In this document: positions 36,564-49,174 of the stretch, one piece after another
Layout of the letters: each line of letters starts with the position of its first letter
How positions within the stretch are numbered: position 1 is the first letter of the stretch
DNA from: Neocallimastix sp. 'constans'
Taxonomy: Eukaryota
NCBI GenBank assembly: GCA_050613775.1
Contig: JBODTK010000150.1
Coordinates: 62,001 to 126,000, forward strand
Reading direction: 5' to 3'
DNA: 64,000 bases
Translations under genes and position numbers: made by a program
The notes under the pieces: model-generated
Databases searched by the model: none
The model's input: the letters and a program-made list of their open reading frames with translations, nothing else
Told to the model about the DNA's origin: nothing

Positions 36564-39500
36564 TGTTAAATATAACACTTAAAATCAGAAATGATATTTA
36601 TATTGTATTATGAATTTATTTATTTATTTTATTACTTTTACCTTATGAAACACCTTTTCATATAAGAGTATGTCAATACATGTTATTTATAATTATTATT
36701 CTATAATAGTCTAACATTACTGGTAACATTTAACCTTTCACTATATTATACTATGGAATAAAATTTACATTTCTGTGATGAAATTAACAAAGTATTTAAG
36801 CTTGGATCCCGAAATATTTTTGGTTAATGGATCTACCATCATTGAGTTAGAACTAATGAGTGTTAATATAATTTCATTTTTTTATAATTTCATCTTAAAC
36901 ATATTTGTATTTTATGTCCATATATTGGCATCGTCCCTTTTTTGTTTTCATTTTCAGCCATATCCTTACATGATTTTTATCTATTCTAATATTAATTATA
37001 ATATCTTTGCTGAATAATTTATTTTCTGAATCTTTTCTGAATTTTTTTTCCATATACTTTGTTTTGTACATTCTATTAAAATTGAGTATTCAGCTTTTGT
37101 GGTTGATAAGGCTTCTTTTAATCTGCATCATCAGCGAAATCTGCGTCACAATAATCTCTTAAAATTTTTTTTTACTGTTATAATAGATTGAATAGTCCTT
37201 TGTACTTTTAAGGTATTTTAATATTTAAATATCTAAATTCAAATCAGCGTTTGTTAGATTCTCAGAAAATCCTGCATCTTGATTTTATTGCAAATGCTAT
37301 ATCTAGTCTGTTGATACATATAATAGAGATCCAATCAATCTTTTATAATCAGTTTTGTTAATTTTTTTCAGAGTTTTCTCTATCCTCTAATTTTTACATT
37401 AATATATGGTATTCTAGATGTTTTAGTATTGTTTATATTATAGTTAGTTAATATTTTTTTTAATATAATCTTTTTGATTAATTTTGTAGCCTTCACCTGT
37501 TTTAATTATATTAATTTCAATGGTTTTTATTTGCTGTTTTTTCTGTGGAGACTGTGTATTTATGCTTTATCTTTGTAACAAAAATAAAAATTGTAAATCC
37601 AAAAATTATCCATTTCTATTGTAGAAGAATAGGTACAGGTGTAATCAATTCCTTTAATTTGTCGAAAACCTTTGAAGACTAATCTTGCTTTATTTATATC
37701 ATTATCTTTAAAAGTAAAAACCAATTTAACATCAAGTGGTTTAATACATTTTGGAATATTTTTTGGTTTTCCACTACTTTTATAACAATATTTCCATAAA
37801 AATTTTATAATTCTTTGTTTATTGACCTTTCCCATTTGTCGGCATTTACTAAATTCAGAATTTCTTTATAATTCTTTGGAATTAAGGCATTAATACTATT
37901 AACTCTATTTTCATATGAGTATGTTTTCCTCTCAAATCTCTAAAAAAAAAAAAAAAAATAAAAAGATTTATTTAATGTAGGTGTTTTATTTTTCATTTTT
38001 CTTTCTTCATTTTATTGATAATTTATTCTTTTCCTTTTTCGATAGCTTTTTTTTTTCTTCTTTATTAATTTTATCATTTTTGTTTACTTACTTATTAATT
38101 ATTAAATTTTTGAGTATTTCCTCTTGATTTTCAGTTAATTTTTGATATTCACTAATATAATCTTCATTAATTTTTTTATTTTTCTGAATTATTATCTTAC
38201 ATGTTTTCATTATTATATTTTATCCATTAAATCTATATCATCTTCAATATTAATTTTATTCTGTTTGTTTTCATTCATTTCAAATTTATTATGATAAATG
38301 GATTGACTAAATTAATGTTGTAAGTGATGTTCCTCTTCAATTTGTTTATCTGAAGGATTTGAGGAATGGAAAAAAAATATGTGGCAAGTGAGCCTAGTGT
38401 ACTTTCATTAAAGTATACATCACGAACAATAATTATTGATTTTGAAGTAATGTCGAGGACACAATAACCAGGAGAGTCTGATGAATATTCTGTGAAAATA
38501 CCTGGTTTTATATTATTTTCAAAATTTTCTTGTTTGTATTTATTAAGAAAAAATACTTTTCATCCAAAATCTTCTTCTTTAAGTTTAGATATATTAATTT
38601 TCTTATTGAAAAATACTTCCTTCAGAATTTTAAAATTAATTCCCTGATGCAAATTTAAATTGTACAATATACATGCACATTTAATAGCTTTCATCCTATA
38701 ATATATGAGATAATTTAGTATATTGTACAATATAATGCTTTCTCGTAGTTATTTAATATCTGGTTAATTCTTTCAGAGAGACCATTTTGTTGGGGATTAC
38801 CTGGTGTAAAATGATTAAATCTAATTCCATTAATTTTAAAATAATTTATAAAATTAGAGTTATTATATCCTAAACCATTATTCGATTTTACTTCCTTTAT
38901 GTTGTAATTGTAAGTATTTTTTATAAGTTTATGAAACTCAATTAATTTATGTACTGCTTCATATTTATGTTTAAGTAAATAAACATAGCATTTTCTACTA
39001 TAGTTATGAATAAATGTTATATAATATTTGTATTCACTGGATAATGGGTTCAGGGTTAAGTGGTCCAACAATATAAATATCCACAGTTTGTAATAGTAAA
39101 GTACTCTTGTTGATTGTTTTGTTGAATGTTTTTTTTTTTTTCTTAAATTTACTAATTTTGCAATCCTCACAATTTATATTATCTTTCCTTTCTTCCTTAT
39201 TGTTGTTTTCTAAAAGTTTTCGAAGATTTTGATTGTAATAATGACCTGATCTAGCATGCTATAATTTTAGATCAATATTATTTATATTATATTCTATATC
39301 TTTCACAGGGTTTGTATTTAAAGTAAAAAAGGTTTTCATCATTTATATAGATGGAAGTAATTATATTATTATTTTTTAAATATTTGGAGTCTTTCTTTTT
39401 TGTTGTACATTTCCATTACTTAATTTAAAGCCCTTTTTTACATAGGTAATGAGTGAAAATCAAATTATTTTGTATGTTTGGAGCATAAAACACTTCATCA

Positions 39501-41037
39501 ATAGAAAATAGTTGCTATATTGAAATAGAAGTCGAATGATGAATCTGAATCTGAATCTGAATTGTTTTGTTCTTCATAGCTAAAGTTATATGATTTGAAG
39601 TTTCTTTTATTACCTTTCCCTCTTAGGAATGTTCTATTGTCTTTACATTTATTTCTTGATTTATTATTATTATTTTTCTTTTCTTCCCTATAATTATTAT
39701 TTGGTGGAATTTGATGGGTTGAAAAAACAGTTATCTATGATATTCCCATTTTTACTGCAATAGTGGCAGTATTCGTTGGAATTGGTTTCTATATTGAAAT
39801 TATATAGAAGTTTCCCATTTCAGACTCTGTTAATTAGATCGATCTTCGTATTGATATACTTCTTTGATATATACTCTTTTAATACTTTTGCTTTTCTTGA
39901 TTATGGTATTTAATTTTATTATGTCATCATTTAAATCCTTAAATATCTTTTCAACATATCGAAATGAGAATAAATATGCAAATTCGAATTTATTTAATTC
40001 ATCTAAAGAATATAAAATTTTTATTTCTTCACTCAGTTCTGATTTTTTTTTTTTTTTTTTAAAAAATTTTCCTTGTTATTATATTCTGCAAATAACGAGT
40101 TAAGATTATCTAAATACAGCTTAAAGTCATCGTTTTCAATTTCTAACTTCTTTATTTTCATTTCAATTTCAAATAGTCTGGATGGGTCCGTTTATGAAAA
40201 TTTTTCTTTTAATTCATTTATCATTAAGTTGGTATTTGTGAAAATTATTTAATAGACTTTTGTATATTCGTCTGGGCTGTTCAATATTATAATCCTGATG
40301 GTACTATCATATTTTAAATGCTTTTTTATTGGTGTTTATGTTTTTAATATTCTTTGATATATAGTCATCTAATTCTTCCGAACCAAGGAATAATATCAAG
40401 TCTGTATACCATTTGTGAAAGTTTTCATTTGTAATTTTAAAGTTTTGAATATGAAATTTATTTATTGTATTTGTTTGAATATATTTAGAGGTTCTTCTTC
40501 AAGAGGAGTATCATTTTCATTGTTCTGCTTGATATATTTGTTGTCTATGCTATCTCCATTGTATTTGTTGAAGTTTTTTGAAGAACTTACTGAAGTTGGT
40601 GAATTTTCTGATTTAGTTATTTTAATGTGACTGCTAATATATCTTTATTTTAATAATTTAATGAATGTTTAACATTTAAAATATTAAATTTTGATATTAA
40701 CAATTATTAATGAATTATTGAGTCAATGAGACTCTTAATCTGTTAAATAAAACACTTCAAATCATAAAATGATATTTAATTTTATTATGTACTTATTTAT
40801 TTATTTTGCTGCCTTTACGTTAAGAAAGGTGTATAAAAATAATGTAATGATATATTCTTAAATGTATATATTTATTTAAGAATATATCATTACATGCTAT
40901 TTATAGTCATTTTTCAATAATAACCTAACATTATTGGTAATATTTAACGTTAATTTCATTATATTATTGAATAAAAATATTTTACATTTGAAAAGTAGTA
41001 TGACAATATAATTAAACATATAATTGAGATATTAACA
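36564..41037 (-). mobile_element. Decayed, internally deleted Ty1/copia element, family A, copy 2 (inverted relative to A1)
   Basis: 5' LTR 40741-41037, PBS 40726-40740, partial 3' LTR 36564-~36770. Integrase ORF 38715-39170 (TPGNPQQNGLSER), RT fragment 37560-37835 (KARLVFKGFRQIKGIDY), RNase H YCDADFAD near 37130-37155. Colinear with 6778-12579. Confidence 0.92.
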
Positions 41038-41262
41038 ACAACAAAAATAATAATAATAATAATAATGATGATGATGATTATAATGATAATAATAAAAATG
41101 ATAATAATAATAATAATAAGAAGAAGAAGAAGAAGAATATTAAAATATTAATTTATTAAATAATAGAAAGCATCATTGTATTAATATTATTAAATTCTAT
41201 TTTATTAAAATATTTTTTTTTGTTAGTAAAATTACAAATTTCTTTTTATTTTTATTTTATTT

Positions 41263-41293
<31 letters not shown>

Positions 41294-41560
41294 GATTTAA
41301 TACAAAAATGTTTTTACATAATATTTTACACTAATATTTAATTTCCAAAAAAAAGAAAAAAAGAAGTTATTTAAAAAAAAAATATTCATTTTGTATAATT
41401 AATTAATTAAAATTTTGTTTAAAAATATACTATATAAATAATCTTTAATTAGAATTAATATTTTATATCTATTTCATACATCATAATAGTATTTTTCAAA
41501 CATTTTTTTAATTATTTATACTTTTCTAAACAACCAATAAAAATTTTGATATAATTTAAC

Positions 41561-41592
<32 letters not shown>

Positions 41593-42066
41593 AATAATAA
41601 ATATTGTGATTAAATATATATTTTTCATTTTATAATAACTATTTCAAATAACACCATCTATAAATATTATATTTTATTATTAATGATAATTAATTTTATA
41701 TTTTTTATATTGCTTTTATATATTATTAATATTTATAAATATATATATATAAAATATTCAAATTAAAAAATACATTCTGACTATTTTTTTTTTTCCATAA
41801 TGAAAAAAAAAATAATTTATTATAATTAATAAATATAGAGTACTGAAAATTAAATACACAAAGAAAAAAAAAAGTTATTATGAATTTAGTTTATGCTTAA
41901 TGATTTATATTAATTTTTATATATTAAGTATTGAATTTAATAAGTTTTGATTAGAGATAAAAAATTTAGATCTTATTTGTATCTTTTACAAAATAAAAGA
42001 TATATAAATAAGATCTAAAATTTATAACTTAATAATAATTAAAGTAAATATAGTTATAATATTATT

Positions 42067-42068
<2 letters not shown>

Positions 42069-42136
<68 letters not shown>

Positions 42137-42144
42137 TAATAATA

Positions 42145-42237
<93 letters not shown>

Positions 42238-42240
42238 TAT
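42069..42240. repeat. (AAT)n microsatellite
   Basis: Directly visible. Confidence 0.95.
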
Positions 42241-43464
42241 AATTTTAATCATTTATGGATATATAATGGAATATTTATAAAAATAACATCCAATCAATAA
42301 TAATAAAATAAAAATAAAATAAAATAAATATACATTTGTAGTAGGATACAATTTAAAATCTAATAGTATCAATATTAGAAAAATATCCACTTAATTAAAT
42401 GTAAAATAATTAGTTATTGAGATGGTTTTTTTTAGGAAAATAAAAAAAAAAAAAAAGAATATAGATATAAATATAATATAAATAAAAAATATTTAGTTTT
42501 TTCATACTTTAATAATCTACTTTATTTTTTATATAAAAATACCTTAAATATTATTTTTTTATAAAGTAAATTAAAGTATGAAAAAATTAAATATTTTTTA
42601 TAAAAATTAATATTCATAATATTTTTATTATTTTAATAATTTAATATGCTTATTCATCAAATTTATTTCATTACTGTAATTATTATTATTATTATTTATT
42701 TTTGTCAACAATTAATAACATAAATATGAATTTAATTTATTAATATGACATATATATATTCATTTTGATATATTTTATTATTTCAAAAGAAAAATTATAT
42801 CATATATTTTACATATATTATAAGTATTACTAATTATATACCATAATTTAAATATTAATATATCAATTCAATCAAAATTAAATAATAAATAAAATTTTTT
42901 TTATCATAGTTAAAAAAAAAAAAAATTAAAAAATAAAAAAGTCGCTCAAATATGGCATTTACCAAAATTATATAAAATTCAATATATTTCAATATATAAT
43001 ACATATAATATGTTTATATTAACAATGTATTATTAATATATTGATAATATATGCATTATTTATTGATCAAAATAATTAAAATGTAAATATAAAAATTAAT
43101 AAATAAAAGAATATAAATAAAAAAGTATAATAAATAATAAATTTAATAATTAAATTTTAAAGAACAGAAATTTTTTTTTATTTTAGTAATAGTAAAGATG
43201 AGTTATGACTAATTAGAAATGGATTTTATAAAATATATAAAATAGAAATGGACTTTATAAAATATATAAAAAGGAAACAATTTTACTTTTTTTTTTAATT
43301 TTTTAACAAAGATATTAAATATAAAAAAAAGAAATAATCAATAATTATTCTATTATTTAAAAAATCAAATAAAATAAATAATAATAATAGAAATATAATA
43401 AAAAAAAATTAAAAGTTTATATTATAAAAATAAAATAATAATAATACTATTATAAAGTTTAAGA

Positions 43465-45030
43465 ATGAGTCAAAAAGAAGAAAATATTAATTTATCAACT
43501 ATGGATAATTCCAGTACCAATAGTGGTAATGGTGATGTTTTTATTGAAATTACTCATGAAAATATAAAAGAAGATAAAAATGAAATGCATATAAAGAAAG
43601 TTGGAGGTGGTGGTCCAGAGGAACCAAAATTTATTCCAATGCTTTTAACTATAATATCTGTTTTATTCTTTACAGCTTTAAATGAATCTGCCGCAACTGT
43701 TATGTATACTGATCTTGTTCATGATTTAGGAAAAAGTATTACTACAATTCAATGGGTTACTACTGGTTTTGTTTTAGTATTAGCTATTGGAATGATATTC
43801 TCTTCTTTCGTTGCTAAACATTTATACATGCGTACTATTTTCTTTAGTGCTGTTATATTCTTTGTTATTGGTTCTGTTATTTGTATTATTGCTAATTCTT
43901 TTGTGGTTTTACTTGTTGGTCGTATTATTCAAGGTGTTGGTACTGCTATGTTAATGCCTCAAATTTCTAATACCGTTGTTATTATGTCTCCAAGAAATCG
44001 TGTTGGTTTATATAATGGTGTTACTATGCTAGTCATTATTACTGGTAACGCTTTAGGTCCAACTCTTTCTGGTTTAGTTACTAGATATTTAGGATGGAGA
44101 TATGTTTTCGCTTTTATGATTCCAATTCCAGTTATTGGTGGTATTCTTGGTTATTGGACAGTTGGTAATATTATTGCTCAAGAAAACTCTAAATTAGACA
44201 TTCTTTCAGTCATTTTAGCTATTTTAGGTTATGGTGGTATTTCATTCGCTTTAGGTAATGCTGGTAATTATGGTTTTGGTTCAGCTATTGTTGTTTCTAC
44301 CTTAATCATTGGTATTATTTGTTTAATTTCATTTTATGTATGGGAAAATTATTGTAAAAATCCAATTGTATCTTTAAAGAATTTAGGAAAACCATATTTC
44401 ATAATCAATATTTTCTTGAGTACAATCAATTGTTCTACCCTCTTAGGATGGTTAGCCGTATTACCATTTATTACACAAAATTCATTAGGAAAAAGTGTTT
44501 CGATTGGTGGCTTAGCATTATTACCTGGTGGTTTGATTAATGCTTTTTTAAATTTATTTGCTGGAAGACTTTATGATAAATTCCGTTTTAAGTATTCACC
44601 CATTGGATTTGTTGTCATTATTATTAGTTCAATTTTCGGTTTCTTCATGTCCATTAATGACAAATTTACATTATGGGTTATCATTATTACATATTTCTTA
44701 ATCAATATTGGTTTACCAATTGCTCAAAGTACATATACTTCAAGTTCATTAACATGTGTACCACCACAATCATCACCACATGCAGCTGCTATTTTCCATT
44801 CCTTCTTCCAACTTTTCGGTTCTTTAGGATCAGCTATTTATGTTGCGTTATTAAATAACTTTAATGATGTTTCCTTTAATTCAAGTCATGATCCATTAAT
44901 TAATGGTGTTTCTATTTGTTTCATTTTAACAATTGCTGTTACAGGTATTGCTTTAATTCTTGGTGTTGCATGGAGTATAATATATTTCAAAGATCATGAT
45001 AATAAAGGCAATCCAAAAAACAAACAATAA
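43465..45030 (+). CDS. MFS drug:H+ antiporter, DHA2 (14-TMS) family, LmrB-like; copy 1
   Basis: 521-aa intronless hydrophobic ORF with LNES, TTIQWVTTGFVLV, GRIIQGVG, ALGPTLSG, LGWRYVF and GLALLPGGL...AGRLYDKF. These motifs are typical of DHA2/LmrB-type transporters. Confidence 0.93.
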   Translation: MSQKEENINLSTMDNSSTNSGNGDVFIEITHENIKEDKNEMHIKKVGGGGPEEPKFIPMLLTIISVLFFTALNESAATVMYTDLVHDLGKSITTIQWVTTGFVLVLAIGMIFSSFVAKHLYMRTIFFSAVIFFVIGSVICIIANSFVVLLVGRIIQGVGTAMLMPQISNTVVIMSPRNRVGLYNGVTMLVIITGNALGPTLSGLVTRYLGWRYVFAFMIPIPVIGGILGYWTVGNIIAQENSKLDILSVILAILGYGGISFALGNAGNYGFGSAIVVSTLIIGIICLISFYVWENYCKNPIVSLKNLGKPYFIINIFLSTINCSTLLGWLAVLPFITQNSLGKSVSIGGLALLPGGLINAFLNLFAGRLYDKFRFKYSPIGFVVIIISSIFGFFMSINDKFTLWVIIITYFLINIGLPIAQSTYTSSSLTCVPPQSSPHAAAIFHSFFQLFGSLGSAIYVALLNNFNDVSFNSSHDPLINGVSICFILTIAVTGIALILGVAWSIIYFKDHDNKGNPKNKQ

Positions 45031-45749
45031 ATAATTAAAACATAATAAATTATTTTTTAATAAAATCAATATCTATCTTTTTTCCATTATCTTAAAAAAA
45101 AAAATTTTTTTATATATTTATAATTTATAAAATTTATAAAAATCAAATACATTATAAAAATCATATACATTATAAAAATCAAATACATTATAAAAATCAA
45201 ATACATTATATTTAAGAAAATTAATATTATTTATTGATTCCATTTTCAACTTTTTCGTAACTTTTATTTAACGTATATTTATTAAATCTATTTATGACGA
45301 TTAATAATCTTATTGAAATTAAAAAATAAATAATATATATATATATTTATAAAATATAAAAATTATCATATATAAAAAAGTTTTAAATATTAATCCACAT
45401 AATTTATATATACATTAAAATTATCATATAGAATAAATATTAAAAAATATATATATACATATATAATAAATATTAATAAAAATAAATTTTATTTAAAATT
45501 TTTTGAAAAATATATATATTCATATATATATATAATTATTTTATAATTATTATTATTTTTATTTTTAGTTTAGCTTGATTATTTTCATTATTTTCTTCTT
45601 CTTCTTCTTCTCCTTTTTCTTCAATTTTTTCTTCATTTTTTTTACTACTTCTTTTTAATTTATTTTCTTCATTTTTGTTATCTGTTAAGCATTCTATTTT
45701 ACCTTGTCCATACACCTGCTATAATCTAATTTTATTATTATTATTATTA

Positions 45750-45823
<74 letters not shown>

Positions 45824-45930
45824 TGATAATTTATATGGCCGCTGATTTTAAATAAAAGGATTTTGATTCATTTACCATTATATTTCTAATATTTTAATAT
45901 ATTAAAATTAAAAATTATAAAAAAATTTGA

Positions 45931-45965
<35 letters not shown>

Positions 45966-47471
45966 TAATAATAATAAAATAATACAAGAATAAATAGAAT
46001 AAAATTGAAACAATTATTATTTAAAATATATTTAAATAATAATAATAATTAATATAATTTTGTTGAATATTTATAATTTAATATATAAACTTTAATTATT
46101 TTAAATTTATAAATATTTACAAATTTATTTTAAAACCCTTGCTATTCAATTAAATTATTACATACTTATAAGTGGTGCAAAACCATATATATGAAGTGTT
46201 ATATATTTTAAATAAATGATAAATGATTACCTTTTATTATGAAAGGCATTCATATTATTAGTATATAAATGATAAATTTTGAAATATCTCATTATAAATA
46301 TATTTTAAATTTACAAATAATTATTTTATATATAAAATTTTTGATTTTAAATGGAAATTTATTCATTCTGAAAAAAATATAGTAATTTTTATATAATTTT
46401 TTATCTTTTTTATTTTAACATTTAAAGATTTTTTTTTCTATCAAAATTGAAATATGTATATATATATTTTAAATTTTTATTAATTGTATTAGAAACAATT
46501 AAAAAAATATTTATAAAATAGTAATTTTTATATAAAAGGAGAAAAAAAATTAGGAATTGAATAATATAATTATAAAATAATATTAATTATTTGAGGTTTT
46601 ATGTATTATACTACTTTTATATTTTTATATATAAAATACTAATTTTTACTATTAATTTTTGATGAAATATTAAATATTAAAAGATCTAATTATCAAATTA
46701 TAAAACAAATAAATATAACTTTAATTTAAATTACTTTTAAAATTAGATTTAGTTATTATGAATAGATATAATATAGCAGAAAGTAGTTCATTGAAATCCA
46801 ATATAGTAAATATTCCAATATTTTATTAAAATATAATTTTTTTATTTTTTTTTTTTTATTTTATTAAATAACTTCATTTAAAATTATAAGAAAAAAAATA
46901 ATAAATAAATATTGTATAATTAAAATATAAACTTTAATTGATTGATTTTATTAATATGTGGTTGAGTATATTGATTTCAATTTAATTACTATTTAAAAAA
47001 GAAAATTCTCATATATTATTTATATATTATGAATATAATTAATTATATATAAAATAGATATAATTAGAAACTTATATATTTTAAATTAATTTAATCAAAA
47101 AAAAAAAAATAAAAATAAAATAATGGTCGTACAAATGATCTATCAATTGAAATTATATAGAATTCCATCTAAAATACATATATTATATTTATATTAGCAA
47201 TACATTGATAATATATTTAAAATATAAAATTACATTTTCCATATAATTAAACTATAAGTAAATATTTATTTTATTATTATATACAGTAATTTATATTTTA
47301 ATTAAAAAAAAAAGGAAAAAATACGAAAAGTTTATTAACAGTTAAAAATTATAAATTTAAATTAAAATTTATATATAAATGTAAATTTTTCTTCTTAATT
47401 TTTTTCTTTACAACAAATTTATAATTTAAAAAAATAAAAAAAATAAAAATATAATTAATAAAATTATTGTT

Positions 47472-47507
<36 letters not shown>

Positions 47508-47605
47508 CAATAGAATTATAATAAAAAAAAAATTAAAATTTAATATTATTAAAATAAAATAATACTAATAAAAAAGTAATTAAAAATAAAAAAAAAATTA
47601 TTAAG

Positions 47606-49174
47606 ATGAGCCAAAAAAAAGTAGAAAGTGTTGATTTATCAACTTTGGATAATTCCAGTACCAATAGTGGTAATGGTGATGTTTTCATTAAAATTACTCA
47701 AGAAAATATAAAAGAAGATAAAAATGAAATGCATATAAAGAAAGTTGGAGGTGGTGGTCCAGAGGAACCAAAATTTATTCCAATGCTTTTAACTATAATA
47801 TCTGTTTTATTCTTTACAGCTTTAAATGAATCTGCCGCAACTGTTATGTATGCTGATCTTGTTCATGATTTAGGAAAAAGTATTACTACAATTCAATGGG
47901 TTACTACTGGTTTTGTTTTAGTATTAGCTATTGGAATGATATTCTCTTCTTTCGTTGCTAAACATTTATACATGCGTACTATTTTCTTTAGTGCTGTTAT
48001 ATTCTTTGTTATTGGTTCTGTTATTTGTATTATTGCTAATTCTTTTGTGGTTTTACTTGTTGGTCGTATTATTCAAGGTGTTGGTACTGCTATGTTAATG
48101 CCTCAAATTTCTAATACCGTTGTTATTATGTCTCCAAGAAATCGTGTTGGTTTATTTAATGGTGTTACTATGCTAGTCATTATTACTGGTAACGCTTTAG
48201 GTCCAACTCTTTCTGGTTTAGTTACTAGATATTTAGGATGGAGATATGTTTTCGCTTTTATGATTCCAATTCCAGTTATTGGTGGTATTCTTGGTTATTG
48301 GACAGTTGGTAATATTATTGCTCAAGAAAACTCTAAATTAGACATTCTTTCAGTCATTTTAGCTATTTTAGGTTATGGTGGTATTTCATTCGCTTTAGGT
48401 AATGCTGGTAATTATGGTTTTGGTTCAGCTATTGTTGTTTCTACCTTAATCGTTGGTATTATTTGTTTAATTTCATTTTATGTATGGGAAAATTATTGTA
48501 AAAATCCAATTGTATCTTTAAAGAATTTAGGAAAACCATATTTCATAATCAATATTTTCTTGAGTACAATCAATTGTTCTACCCTCTTAGGATGGTTAGC
48601 CGTATTACCATTTATTACACAAAATTCATTAGGAAAAAGTGTTTCGATTGGTGGCTTAGCATTATTACCTGGTGGTTTGATTAATGCTTTTTTAAATTTA
48701 TTTGCTGGAAGACTTTATGATAAATTCCGTTTTAAGTATTCACCCATTGGATTTGTTGTCATTATTATTAGTTCAATTTTCGGTTTCTTCATGTCCATTA
48801 ATGACAAATTTACATTATGGGTTATCATTATTACATATTTCTTAATCAATATTGGTTTACCAATTGCTCAAAGTACATATACTTCAAGTTCATTAACATG
48901 TGTACCACCACAATCATCACCACATGCAGCTGCTATTTTCCATTCCTTCTTCCAACTTTTCGGTTCTTTAGGATCAGCTATTTATGTTGCGTTATTAAAT
49001 AACTTTAATGATGTTTCCTTTAATTCAAGTCATGATCCATTAATTAATGGTGTTTCTATTTGTTTCATTTTAACAATTGCTGTTACAGGTATTGCTTTAA
49101 TTCTTGGTGTTGCATGGAGTATAATATATTTCAAAGATCATGATAATAAAGGCAATCCAAAAAACAAACAATAA
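47606..49174 (+). CDS. MFS drug:H+ antiporter, DHA2 family, LmrB-like; copy 2 (tandem paralog)
   Basis: 522-aa ORF nearly identical to 43465-45030. Confidence 0.93.
   Translation: MSQKKVESVDLSTLDNSSTNSGNGDVFIKITQENIKEDKNEMHIKKVGGGGPEEPKFIPMLLTIISVLFFTALNESAATVMYADLVHDLGKSITTIQWVTTGFVLVLAIGMIFSSFVAKHLYMRTIFFSAVIFFVIGSVICIIANSFVVLLVGRIIQGVGTAMLMPQISNTVVIMSPRNRVGLFNGVTMLVIITGNALGPTLSGLVTRYLGWRYVFAFMIPIPVIGGILGYWTVGNIIAQENSKLDILSVILAILGYGGISFALGNAGNYGFGSAIVVSTLIVGIICLISFYVWENYCKNPIVSLKNLGKPYFIINIFLSTINCSTLLGWLAVLPFITQNSLGKSVSIGGLALLPGGLINAFLNLFAGRLYDKFRFKYSPIGFVVIIISSIFGFFMSINDKFTLWVIIITYFLINIGLPIAQSTYTSSSLTCVPPQSSPHAAAIFHSFFQLFGSLGSAIYVALLNNFNDVSFNSSHDPLINGVSICFILTIAVTGIALILGVAWSIIYFKDHDNKGNPKNKQ

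Noticed and set aside
40726..40740. tRNA-Lys gene suggested by TGAGACTCTTAATC
   Set aside because: Only the anticodon-arm fragment is present, without D or T arms; it is the PBS. No tRNA or rRNA genes were found in the window.
44673..44858. 61-aa alternate-frame ORF, also at 48817-49002
   Set aside because: Out-of-frame overlap inside the MFS CDS, duplicated only because the gene is.
45540..45880. Minus-strand E/K/N-rich open stretch (MDKVKIECLTDNKNEE...) between the MFS genes
   Set aside because: Short, low-complexity and built around GAA/AAT repeats; no consistent gene model. At most a decayed fragment.
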